Positions 12,144 through 23,446 of a DNA stretch of 64,000 nucleotides are shown here, piece after piece; the first letter of the stretch is position 1; the number at the start of each line of letters is the position of its first letter. The stretch covers positions 404,922,001 through 404,986,000 of the forward strand of contig CM097882.1 in assembly GCA_044892505.1 (NCBI GenBank), written 5' to 3'. The notes below the pieces were generated by a model. That model had not been told where the DNA came from, did no database searches, and saw only the letters and a program-made list of their open reading frames with translations. Both the position numbers and the translations under genes were made by a program. This DNA comes from Schmidtea nova. Taxonomy: Eukaryota.

Positions 12144-13300
12144 GTACGGAAAAGTTAAATAATGGCGATTATTTTTATTATTTTTTATGATGTGTGTCGC
12201 GTAGGTAGTCGTAAATTTCNNNNNNNNNNNNNNNNNNNNNNNNNNNNNNNNNNNNNNNNNNNNNNNNNNNNNNNNNNNNNNNNNNNNNNNNNNNNNNNNN
12301 NNNNNNNNNNNNNNNNNNNNNNNNNNNNNNNNNNNNNNNNNNNNNNNNNNNNNNNNNNNNNNNNNNAATTCGAATTTGGCTTACAATAGCAAACGCTATA
12401 GTAAGCCAAATCGACAGAAATTAAAAAATCGATTAAAAAAATTGAAAGTTTATTTATTACAATTTATTCCAATTTACTCCGTTTACTCCAATGTACCTCA
12501 TTTACTCCAATTACTCCAATTACTCGAAATTACTCCAATCGAAATTACTCGAAATTACTCCATTTTTATTACTCCAGAGTTAAAGTAATATTTTATAATT
12601 ATAGTTAATTGAGACATTATATTGTGCTCATCATTTTTTTGTGAATAATGGTGGGTTGTTGATCGTCAATATGACCTTGACGTTTCTATGGCTCTCATCA
12701 ACAACTCAACACATAAAACATTTAAACTACCATCTTGTTACCCGTCTCTATGTAACGTTGGTACTGTAGCAAGTGGGTGGGTATTCGCAATCAGTGAGCG
12801 TCGTCAATACGAAACTATGATTGACCGAATATCTCCTGGGTCCAAGGGCTACCGATAGAAGGTTTAATGCCCGTTTTGTCCCTTCTTTAATGATTGATCT
12901 ATAAGCATTCAACAAAATTTTATCGGAAATTCAACATAAACACTCTACATAACTATAAATTCATTATTGCATCCAAATAAATTATCCCGGCATCAAAAAC
13001 ACTAATATAACCTTATATTTTACCAATATTGCAATTTATGATAGTTGATACATAAAATATTTTATTTTTACAGAAAAATTTTAATCTGCATTTGAAATTT
13101 AAGAAAAACTTTAATTATTACCGTGATTTTATCAAGTTTAGAAATAATAAAAATAAAATTTCCGTTTGTTTAAAATTGCTAATTTAATCAAAAGGACAAA
13201 TTTACTCAATTCAAAAATCATATTAATTTTAAATGTAAGTTTTTGAATTTTTTCACTAAATTGATTAAATAATGATTTTTAAAGCTCAGATCAACAAAAA

Positions 13301-13556
13301 ATGGATATCCCCAGCAACTACGAAGTCAGAGAAAAATTCTCCCACCCAAAATTGGTCAAAAAAACCAGAATTCCAGCTCCTACGAAGCAAAATTGCCAAC
13401 TCTATCGACCAGGTAAAATTTTGATTATTTTAGAATTATAATTTATTTTGAACGATTTTAGAAAAATTTCCAAAGCGAATACGAGGAACCCGGCCCCTTC
13501 AGAACCGCAAACAAGAAAAATCCTTATCGGGGATTTTTATTCCTCAAACGGAATGA
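13301..13556 (+). CDS. Predicted spliced 68-aa basic microprotein inside LTR copy B (exons 13301-13412, 13462-13556; 5'-UTR intron 13235-13284); duplicated at 17605-17860
   Basis: Two GT-AG introns of 50 and 49 nt (host-typical size). Joined frame MDIPSNYEVREKFSHPKLVKKTRIPAPTKQNCQLYRPEKFPKRIRGTRPLQNRKQEKSLSGIFIPQTE*; AATAAA at 13575 followed by a T-rich tract. Confidence 0.5.
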
Positions 13557-15559
13557 AGGCTATCAATTTTGATTAATAAAATTTTTCTTTTGATATTAGT
13601 TTTTTATCCTTTTTCGTTTATTATTTATTATTTTTATGATTTTTTTGTAATCTGAAAAGTAAAAACTAATGTAGATGGCCTATTACACTAAGTTGGCTGG
13701 GTAAATTTAATTTTATACATGGTATGGTTGAATGATCGCAATTTTTGTATGGTTTTTCTGGATGTGTGATGCAGACTAACATAACTGTGTAGAATTTTCG
13801 GTATGGTTTGCTTGTGTGTATATAACTGTTGAATGCTAATGAATGATACTGTGTATGTATGTATATTGTATTTTAAAGAGATGTTGCTTGTGTATTAGTA
13901 TGGAAAATGTTATTGAATGAAATGGATGTAATTTTTTGCAAATACGGATGTGTTATGATTTTGAGATATCGTGGGGGTAGTTATAGTATACTATATATAT
14001 AAATTATATAAAATATTTTTAAAATTAAAATAATAATAATAATTTTCATAATACTTTTTATAAATTTTAAATTTATAATTTTTTGAAAGTAATATAATAA
14101 TAAAATTTCTAATTTTTATAATATACATTTTTAGATTCGAATTTTTATATTTTAAGTATATATATATAGTAAAAAATTTTTCCTATAAAATTTTGAAATT
14201 TTTGATTTTTTTAAAATGATAAAATTTTCAATATAATAATAATATTTTCGATTTAAAATTTTTATGGGTTTCAATATAAGTTTTGATTTATAAATTCTTA
14301 GGAATTTCATAAAATGACAAAATCTTTTATATCATAACAATATTAGGAAAATTTTTGGGTTACAATTTTTCATCATAAGATTTTTTTCAATATAATAAAA
14401 AGTAAATTTTTATTTTTTGATCAAAATGAAATCCACATAATAATAAATTTTTATCCATCAATTTAGAAATCCAAATAAGCATTTAATCTAAAAAGTTTGT
14501 ATATGCAAAAAAAAAATAAAATAAGTTATAAATTTTTCAACGAATATTTTTAACATCAAGTAAAGTAAATGTCGGTTTCGTCCGAGCAAGAATTTCCCAA
14601 TCAAAGTGCGCGCGAATTTTTTGGGACACTTCACTTAGGAACTTCAGGCTCCCGAAAACAAGATTCACCAGAGAAAAATTATTTTTAATTCAGATCAATC
14701 AATACTTGTCCTAAACTCATTTCATTTCATGATCATTATATCAGTTTTGAGCATTATTTCATATGATTCTTTTCCAACATTAGCTTCCATTTACTTGCGT
14801 TTTCGGATAAGATGACGGTTGTTGCGAGAGTGAAGGCGACGACGAGTAAAATGTTCTTGCACAATTATTTTTCATAATGGAAAATACATTGCTGGAGAGA
14901 TTCGTCTTTACGTTTACATGTGGTATTAATTTTTAAAAGATAAATATCAAAAATTATAAATTCGGATAAACTACATTTATTATAAATCAAATATCATTAA
15001 TATAACAACTTGCCTTTGGCCAAGCCACTGTTCCCCAGTTGGGATGAAGTGAACATGGATGTTTAGGCTATTCACCTGGACTCGAAAATATGGGCTGATC
15101 AATTTACGTATCGAACCAGCGATCCGCTCAGGCTACTTCCACCCGATCGGCACAAGGCCAGACACGGGCTTCAGGGGGTACGGAAGCAAAAAAAAATAAT
15201 TAATTAATTTTATCTTCATACAATAAATAAAATAAATTTTAGTTAAACCTGGGAATTTATGACGTGATTTAAATAAAAAAAAATAAAAAATAAAGACAAC
15301 AATTCTCATTTAATATTTTGAATAATAATCAAACATAACTGATGATAATGTAAGGATAATAATTAATAATATAAAATTAACAAGAATAAAATAATACTGG
15401 GTACGGGGTAATCGAAAAGGCATGACATTCGATGACCCCGCACCGAACAAGAAAATGGTACTTACCAATAAAATCTTCCGGAAAATTTCGGTTTGAATAA
15501 TACAAAAGTAAAAATTCTGCTAATTTTTTTTTTCAAATTCTCAAGAATTTCTGATTATT

Positions 15560-15583
15560 GCCATTTTGATGGCGGTATTTATA
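15560..15583 (+). promoter_or_regulatory. Putative LTR core promoter: GCCATTTT-GATGGCGG (paired YY1-like motifs) plus TATA box
   Basis: Conserved at 15560, 19864, 50461, 56826 and partly at 59430; about 550-630 bp from the CA end in each copy. Confidence 0.55.
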
Positions 15584-16413
15584 CCATCGATTTTCGTCAC
15601 CTTCACCAGTGTAATAAAACAAATTATTCTAGAATTTTCCTTTAATTTTTCTAAATTAATTCTAATGATTTTCCAAAAATTAAATCCATATTTTTGGGTA
15701 ATAATTTTAATTCAAATTTTAATTCAAAAAATTAATTCAAAAATTTTTAATTCAAAATATTTATTTTTGGATCGAAATTTGTTCGATTTGATTTAATTTA
15801 CGATATTTCGATTAATATTAGTTCTTTTTATTGTTAATGTGAAATATTTTGATAAAATCACAATTTTCGGCCAAAATTTTGTTAATTTTTTCTGCATGAA
15901 GGTTTAATAACACAATTCCGTTTTTATGGGTATTTTCAATGGGTTTTCCGCCTATTCTAACTTTCAGACATTCTTCTTTTGATGGCATTTGATTTTTCTC
16001 GAGGTTTCAGTGTAAGGGCTTTCAGACTCACAGCTAGCGCGTTCTCTACCGGTTGATGTGTTTTGAGTCCACTTCACCTTTTGGTGTTTTCCACTTAATC
16101 GTTTGGATTTTTAATGGATATTTGGGTTAAAACTGAATCTTGTGCACTTTCTACCTATGGGGTTATCGCTTTATTAAAACAATTTGTGGTTTTTGCCCAA
16201 CAATAATTAATTAATTTTATTATTTTGTTGTTATTATTTCCAGCATAACACTACATTGCATACACCCCGAGTGTCCCCACAATAATCGGGCTGACTCTCT
16301 CGGGCACTTCAATATTTCCGTACAACCGCATTCGTTACATATAGAAAAACATAAATATTTTACATAAAAATTATCATATAACAATTATCACTACATAAAT
16401 ATATTAAAATTAC

Positions 16414-16447
<34 letters not shown>

Positions 16448-16952
16448 GTACGGAAAAGTTAAATAATGGCGATTATTTTTATTATTTTTTATGATGTGTG
16501 TCGCGTAGGTAGTCGTAAATTTCNNNNNNNNNNNNNNNNNNNNNNNNNNNNNNNNNNNNNNNNNNNNNNNNNNNNNNNNNNNNNNNNNNNNNNNNNNNNN
16601 NNNNNNNNNNNNNNNNNNNNNNNNNNNNNNNNNNNNNNNNNNNNNNNNNNNNNNNNNNNNNNNNNNNNNNAATTCGAATTTGGCTTACAATAGCAAACGC
16701 TATAGTAAGCCAAATCGACAGAAATTAAAAAATCGATTAAAAAAATTGAAAGTTTATTTATTACAATTTATTCCAATTTACTCCGTTTACTCCAATGTAC
16801 CTCATTTACTCCAATTACTCCAATTACTCGAAATTACTCCAATCGAAATTACTCGAAATTACTCCATTTTTATTACTCCAGAGTTAAAGTAATATTTTAT
16901 AATTATAGTTAATTGAGACATTATATTGTGCTCATCATTTTTTTGTGAATAA

Positions 16953-19900
16953 TGGTGGGTTGTTGATCGTCAATATGACCTTGACGTTTCTATGGCTCTC
17001 ATCAACAACTCAACACATAAAACATTTAAACTACCATCTTGTTACCCGTCTCTATGTAACGTTGGTACTGTAGCAAGTGGGTGGGTATTCGCAATCAGTG
17101 AGCGTCGTCAATACGAAACTATGATTGACCGAATATCTCCTGGGTCCAAGGGCTACCGATAGAAGGTTTAATGCCCGTTTTGTCCCTTCTTTAATGATTG
17201 ATCTATAAGCATTCAACAAAATTTTATCGGAAATTCAACATAAACACTCTACATAACTATAAATTCATTATTGCATCCAAATAAATTATCCCGGCATCAA
17301 AAACACTAATATAACCTTATATTTTACCAATATTGCAATTTATGATAGTTGATACATAAAATATTTTATTTTTACAGAAAAATTTTAATCTGCATTTGAA
17401 ATTTAAGAAAAACTTTAATTATTACCGTGATTTTATCAAGTTTAGAAATAATAAAAATAAAATTTCCGTTTGTTTAAAATTGCTAATTTAATCAAAAGGA
17501 CAAATTTACTCAATTCAAAAATCATATTAATTTTAAATGTAAGTTTTTGAATTTTTTCACTAAATTGATTAAATAATGATTTTTAAAGCTCAGATCAACA
17601 AAAAATGGATATCCCCAGCAACTACGAAGTCAGAGAAAAATTCTCCCACCCAAAATTGGTCAAAAAAACCAGAATTCCAGCTCCTACGAAGCAAAATTGC
17701 CAACTCTATCGACCAGGTAAAATTTTGATTATTTTAGAATTATAATTTATTTTGAACGATTTTAGAAAAATTTCCAAAGCGAATACGAGGAACCCGGCCC
17801 CTTCAGAACCGCAAACAAGAAAAATCCTTATCGGGGATTTTTATTCCTCAAACGGAATGAAGGCTATCAATTTTGATTAATAAAATTTTTCTTTTGATAT
17901 TAGTTTTTTATCCTTTTTCGTTTATTATTTATTATTTTTATGATTTTTTTGTAATCTGAAAAGTAAAAACTAATGTAGATGGCCTATTACACTAAGTTGG
18001 CTGGGTAAATTTAATTTTATACATGGTATGGTTGAATGATCGCAATTTTTGTATGGTTTTTCTGGATGTGTGATGCAGACTAACATAACTGTGTAGAATT
18101 TTCGGTATGGTTTGCTTGTGTGTATATAACTGTTGAATGCTAATGAATGATACTGTGTATGTATGTATATTGTATTTTAAAGAGATGTTGCTTGTGTATT
18201 AGTATGGAAAATGTTATTGAATGAAATGGATGTAATTTTTTGCAAATACGGATGTGTTATGATTTTGAGATATCGTGGGGGTAGTTATAGTATACTATAT
18301 ATATAAATTATATAAAATATTTTTAAAATTAAAATAATAATAATAATTTTCATAATACTTTTTATAAATTTTAAATTTATAATTTTTTGAAAGTAATATA
18401 ATAATAAAATTTCTAATTTTTATAATATACATTTTTAGATTCGAATTTTTATATTTTAAGTATATATATATAGTAAAAAATTTTTCCTATAAAATTTTGA
18501 AATTTTTGATTTTTTTAAAATGATAAAATTTTCAATATAATAATAATATTTTCGATTTAAAATTTTTATGGGTTTCAATATAAGTTTTGATTTATAAATT
18601 CTTAGGAATTTCATAAAATGACAAAATCTTTTATATCATAACAATATTAGGAAAATTTTTGGGTTACAATTTTTCATCATAAGATTTTTTTCAATATAAT
18701 AAAAAGTAAATTTTTATTTTTTGATCAAAATGAAATCCACATAATAATAAATTTTTATCCATCAATTTAGAAATCCAAATAAGCATTTAATCTAAAAAGT
18801 TTGTATATGCAAAAAAAAAATAAAATAAGTTATAAATTTTTCAACGAATATTTTTAACATCAAGTAAAGTAAATGTCGGTTTCGTCCGAGCAAGAATTTC
18901 CCAATCAAAGTGCGCGCGAATTTTTTGGGACACTTCACTTAGGAACTTCAGGCTCCCGAAAACAAGATTCACCAGAGAAAAATTATTTTTAATTCAGATC
19001 AATCAATACTTGTCCTAAACTCATTTCATTTCATGATCATTATATCAGTTTTGAGCATTATTTCATATGATTCTTTTCCAACATTAGCTTCCATTTACTT
19101 GCGTTTTCGGATAAGATGACGGTTGTTGCGAGAGTGAAGGCGACGACGAGTAAAATGTTCTTGCACAATTATTTTTCATAATGGAAAATACATTGCTGGA
19201 GAGATTCGTCTTTACGTTTACATGTGGTATTAATTTTTAAAAGATAAATATCAAAAATTATAAATTCGGATAAACTACATTTATTATAAATCAAATATCA
19301 TTAATATAACAACTTGCCTTTGGCCAAGCCACTGTTCCCCAGTTGGGATGAAGTGAACATGGATGTTTAGGCTATTCACCTGGACTCGAAAATATGGGCT
19401 GATCAATTTACGTATCGAACCAGCGATCCGCTCAGGCTACTTCCACCCGATCGGCACAAGGCCAGACACGGGCTTCAGGGGGTACGGAAGCAAAAAAAAA
19501 TAATTAATTAATTTTATCTTCATACAATAAATAAAATAAATTTTAGTTAAACCTGGGAATTTATGACGTGATTTAAATAAAAAAAAATAAAAAATAAAGA
19601 CAACAATTCTCATTTAATATTTTGAATAATAATCAAACATAACTGATGATAATGTAAGGATAATAATTAATAATATAAAATTAACAAGAATAAAATAATA
19701 CTGGGTACGGGGTAATCGAAAAGGCATGACATTCGATGACCCCGCACCGAACAAGAAAATGGTACTTACCAATAAAATCTTCCGGAAAATTTCGGTTTGA
19801 ATAATACAAAAGTAAAAATTCTGCTAATTTTTTTTTTCAAATTCTCAAGAATTTCTGATTATTGCCATTTTGATGGCGGTATTTATACCATCGATTTTCG

Positions 19901-20506
19901 TCACCTTCACCAGTGTAATAAAACAAATTATTCTAGAATTTTCCTTTAATTTTTCTAAATTAATTCTAATGATTTTCCAAAAATTAAATCCATATTTTTG
20001 GGTAATAATTTTAATTCAAATTTTAATTCAAAAAATTAATTCAAAAATTTTTAATTCAAAATATTTATTTTTGGATCGAAATTTGTTCGATTTGATTTAA
20101 TTTACGATATTTCGATTAATATTAGTTCTTTTTATTGTTAATGTGAAATATTTTGATAAAATCACAATTTTCGGCCAAAATTTTGTTAATTTTTTCTGCA
20201 TGAAGGTTTAATAACACAATTCCGTTTTTATGGGTATTTTCAATGGGTTTTCCGCCTATTCTAACTTTCAGACATTCTTCTTTTGATGGCATTTGATTTT
20301 TCTCGAGGTTTCAGTGTAAGGGCTTTCAGACTCACAGCTAGCGCGTTCTCTACCGGTTGATGTGTTTTGAGTCCACTTCACCTTTTGGTGTTTTCCACTT
20401 AATCGTTTGGATTTTTAATGGATATTTGGGTTAAAACTGAATCTTGTGCACTTTCTACCTATGGGGTTATCGCTTTATTAAAACAATTTGTGGTTTTTGC
20501 CCAACA
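16953..20506 (+). mobile_element. Giant solo-LTR-like element, copy B' (identical duplicate of B)
   Basis: Same termini, ATAA TSD and flanks as copy B; part of the 4304-bp duplication. Confidence 0.8.
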
Positions 20507-20714
20507 ATAATTAATTAATTTTATTATTTTGTTGTTATTATTTCCAGCATAACACTACATTGCATACACCCCGAGTGTCCCCACAATAATCGGGCTGACT
20601 CTCTCGGGCACTTCAATATTTCCGTACAACCGCATTCGTTACATATAGAAAAACATAAATATTTTACATAAAAATTATCATATAACAATTATCACTACAT
20701 AAATATATTAAAAT

Positions 20715-20779
<65 letters not shown>

Positions 20780-22043
20780 ATTTGTAAATCAAAATAAATG
20801 CATTAAATTAATTTTATGCTCTCTGTTTTCAGCTTTTTAATTATATATCCAATTGTAAAATGCCAAAATAACTGTAAGTTTTATTTATATTTTCATGAAA
20901 CTGCATTGTCTTGCTTCAGACTTAAGCCCACCAAATTCTGCCGAATGCAATGAATTTAATAATAATTTATGCACTGATTTCAATACAACCTTTTACAACG
21001 GATGTCGAAATTGCGCCGTGAGCTGATTATTTATTAATTATTTTTCAAAAGTATTATCTGATAATAAATAAAAAATATTTGATTAATAAATGCACATGTT
21101 TAAAAATTAAGCAAAAATATTAGGAAACACGTGTTAAAAATAATTTTAAAACTGAATGAAATGAATTTTCGTAAATCATGGAAAGACTTTACTTAAGGAA
21201 CTACTAAACACAATTATTTAACTTTTCTTAGGTTATAATAAATTTAAATCTGGGTCCAAAGAACCATGAATTAATTTTCATCTGAAAAGAATTATGTCTG
21301 CAAAATTTCAAGAAAAAATTGGAACAAGGACAAGATGAATGATTCTCGACGCTTGAGATTCATGTAAGAAAAGGTATTTCTGAGTTGCTACAGTTCAGAC
21401 GAGAGGAAGAAGACATTGTATAGAATATTATAGCATACAAAGTGCGAAATGTGAAATTGAAAGAAATTATATTAACAAAGTCTGAAACAAGGATTAAATG
21501 TTCAGTCCAAAAATTAATAAAAATGACTTATACTATAAACACAAAGACGATCGGAAGAACAGGTATACCAATCTGGGAGATAAATTTCATAATTTCGTAG
21601 GAAAAACATATAACACCATCAGAGAAAACATTAATAATTCAAAAGATTAATTTAGTAGGAAAGTGAGAAAGGAAACTGTTAATAGTTTATATGAAGAACA
21701 TAACAAAAAGGTTATACGAATGAAAATAATAATCTTCCTTCCATATCATTTTAAGAGTTAGTTTTTAGCTTTGTTTTAAAAAGCTTTTTTTCTCGCTAAA
21801 GAAGACACAGAAGACAATAAACTTTAGATTAGATTCACGGGTTCTGAGACCGTTTTTTTCATTACGAAAAGAAATGCCATTACGAAATTAAAGATTAGCG
21901 TAAATACATGAAAAAATAGACAATCTACAAGAGTTGATACTGAAAACCTTTTTTGACAGTTTTTTTGCTTATGAATCAAGGTAAAATTTTTATTAAAAAT
22001 GAATAATATAGTGTGGAAAATCATGGCTCATGTGAGTTCATGT

Positions 22044-22200
22044 TGTGTGTGCGCACTTATTATTATTTCGTTTCGCGTCTGTGTGCGCACTCGTTTTTTT
22101 GTTATTTTGTAATTTTCGTTCGATTCGCGTCTGTGTGCGCATTTTTTCTGTTTCTGCTTTTCTCGCGTCTGTGTGCGCACTATCTGCGTCTATCTGCGCA
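22044..22200. repeat. Short tandem repeat of a TCGCGTCTGTGTGCGCA motif (4-5 imperfect units)
   Basis: Direct reading. Confidence 0.8.
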
Positions 22201-22489
22201 ACCTAATTGGAATTTTAGTTATAGAATTTCTGAATTGGTTTCTTAGAATTTATGGATTGTTTATTCGTATTAATTCGAGTTAATTGTTTTGATTTTTCGA
22301 AATTTGTGCTTTGAATTTAAAATAAACGTTTTGAAGAATTTTCTTGCTGAATATTTTTCTCTCGAAATTTGCTTTAGAAATTAGCCTGAGTACTCGCTTT
22401 AACAATCTCTACGATTTAATACCAATTCATTGAAACTGATTTGTTGTTGATTTCGACAATTTGACTTTAATCCCATTCCAATTTCAATC

Positions 22490-23160
22490 CCGAAGAGCAA
22501 TATAAACATCCGAAATATGAAGGCCATAGCTCATGTTGATCATGGAAAGTCTAACTCAACAGATTCGCTAGTAAGTAAAGATGGCATCATAGCAGGGTAC
22601 AAAGCCGATGAGGCTAAATTTACAGAGACAAAAAAAGATGAACAGGGAAGATGTATAATCATAAAATATACAGCTATTTCCATGTACATTGAAATGACTG
22701 AAGACAATTTAGCTACTGTCAAATTTGTTCAACCTGTAACGTTAAGTGACGATGGGAAAACTGACGAAAAAGGATTTATAATCAATTTAATCGATTCTCC
22801 TGGCAACATTGATTTCAGCAGTGAAATGGAAGCGGTATTGTGAGTTAATAATGGAACATTTGTTTTTGCAAATTGTGTTTCCGGAGTCTGCGTTCGAACA
22901 GAGATCTTATTGCGACAGGCTATGGTTGAACAAATTAAACCGGTGTTGTTCACAAATAAAACGGATATGGCAGTTCAAAGTTTACAATGCGCACCGGATG
23001 ATTTATGTCAAAACTTTCAAAGATTTATTGAAAGTGTCAATGTTATTGTAGCGCAATATGGTGAATTGGAAGGACTGATGGGAGATATTCAAGTCATACC
23101 TGAAAATGGCATTGTTGGTTCCGGATCTCGATTACAAAGTTCGGACTTTGCTGTTAAAAA
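22490..23160 (+). pseudogene. EEF2: Truncated intronless pseudogene of eukaryotic elongation factor 2 (G-domain)
   Basis: [67 protein letters not shown]. In-frame TGA at 22841, substitutions in GTPase motifs, ends after about 220 codons. Confidence 0.93.
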
Positions 23161-23446
23161 CTTGGCATGCTTCACGATGTCCTTTCAGTTAAAATATAAT
23201 GTACGCACTCCAACTCAGTTTTGTTTTTTATTATAAGTTGGGAGAGTTTTGTGAATTAGTGTAATTTTTGTCTTTGATTTTGTATTCCCTCATACGGGAT
23301 TTCCCCCCCCCCCATCTTCGCTTGTGGTAAATGCAATTTGTTTAATATCTTGAAATTGTGATTAAGGTTTATTAACTTAAAATTTAAATTAAAAGAAATC
23401 GATAGAAATTACAATTTTCAATAGTAATAACTAGAGATAAAATTCC

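Larger units (their letters stand above)
12649..16202 (+). mobile_element. Giant solo-LTR-like element, copy B (3554 bp)
   Basis: Starts TGGTGGG, ends CCCAACA, flanked by ATAA on both sides (12645-12648, 16203-16206). TATA at 15576; collinear with copies at 46189 and 53049; no gag/pol. Confidence 0.85.
12136..20743 (+). repeat. Exact tandem duplication, period 4304 bp, including identical 147-nt N runs
   Basis: ORF track entries and sequence recur at +4304 (12162/16466, 12376/16680, 15566/19870). Boundaries fall in (TA)n tracts. Confidence 0.95.

Noticed and set aside
12162-12409. ORFs spanning N runs (also 16466, 28112, 60181) and low-complexity ORFs (7699, 15566, 22013, 36091)
   Set aside because: Artefacts of Ns, the palindrome or tandem repeats.
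12790-12860. Hammerhead-like (TGAG...CGAAAC) and twister-like (GGTCCAAG) words in the conserved LTR block
   Set aside because: No CUGANGA core and no twister pseudoknot pairings could be built by eye; kept only as a generic structured-RNA candidate.
15010-15040. GCCTTTGGCCAAG...CTGTTC resembling the U2 snRNA 5' end
   Set aside because: No GTGTAGTA branch-point pairing region, and other copies show it is a CTTGGCCAAG palindrome.
15060-15155. Minus-strand words GCCGATCGGGTG, TGATCAG and GTGAATAGCC recalling SRP (7SL) RNA
   Set aside because: The helix-8 motif is absent, spacing is far too short, and the words are not all kept in copies C and D.
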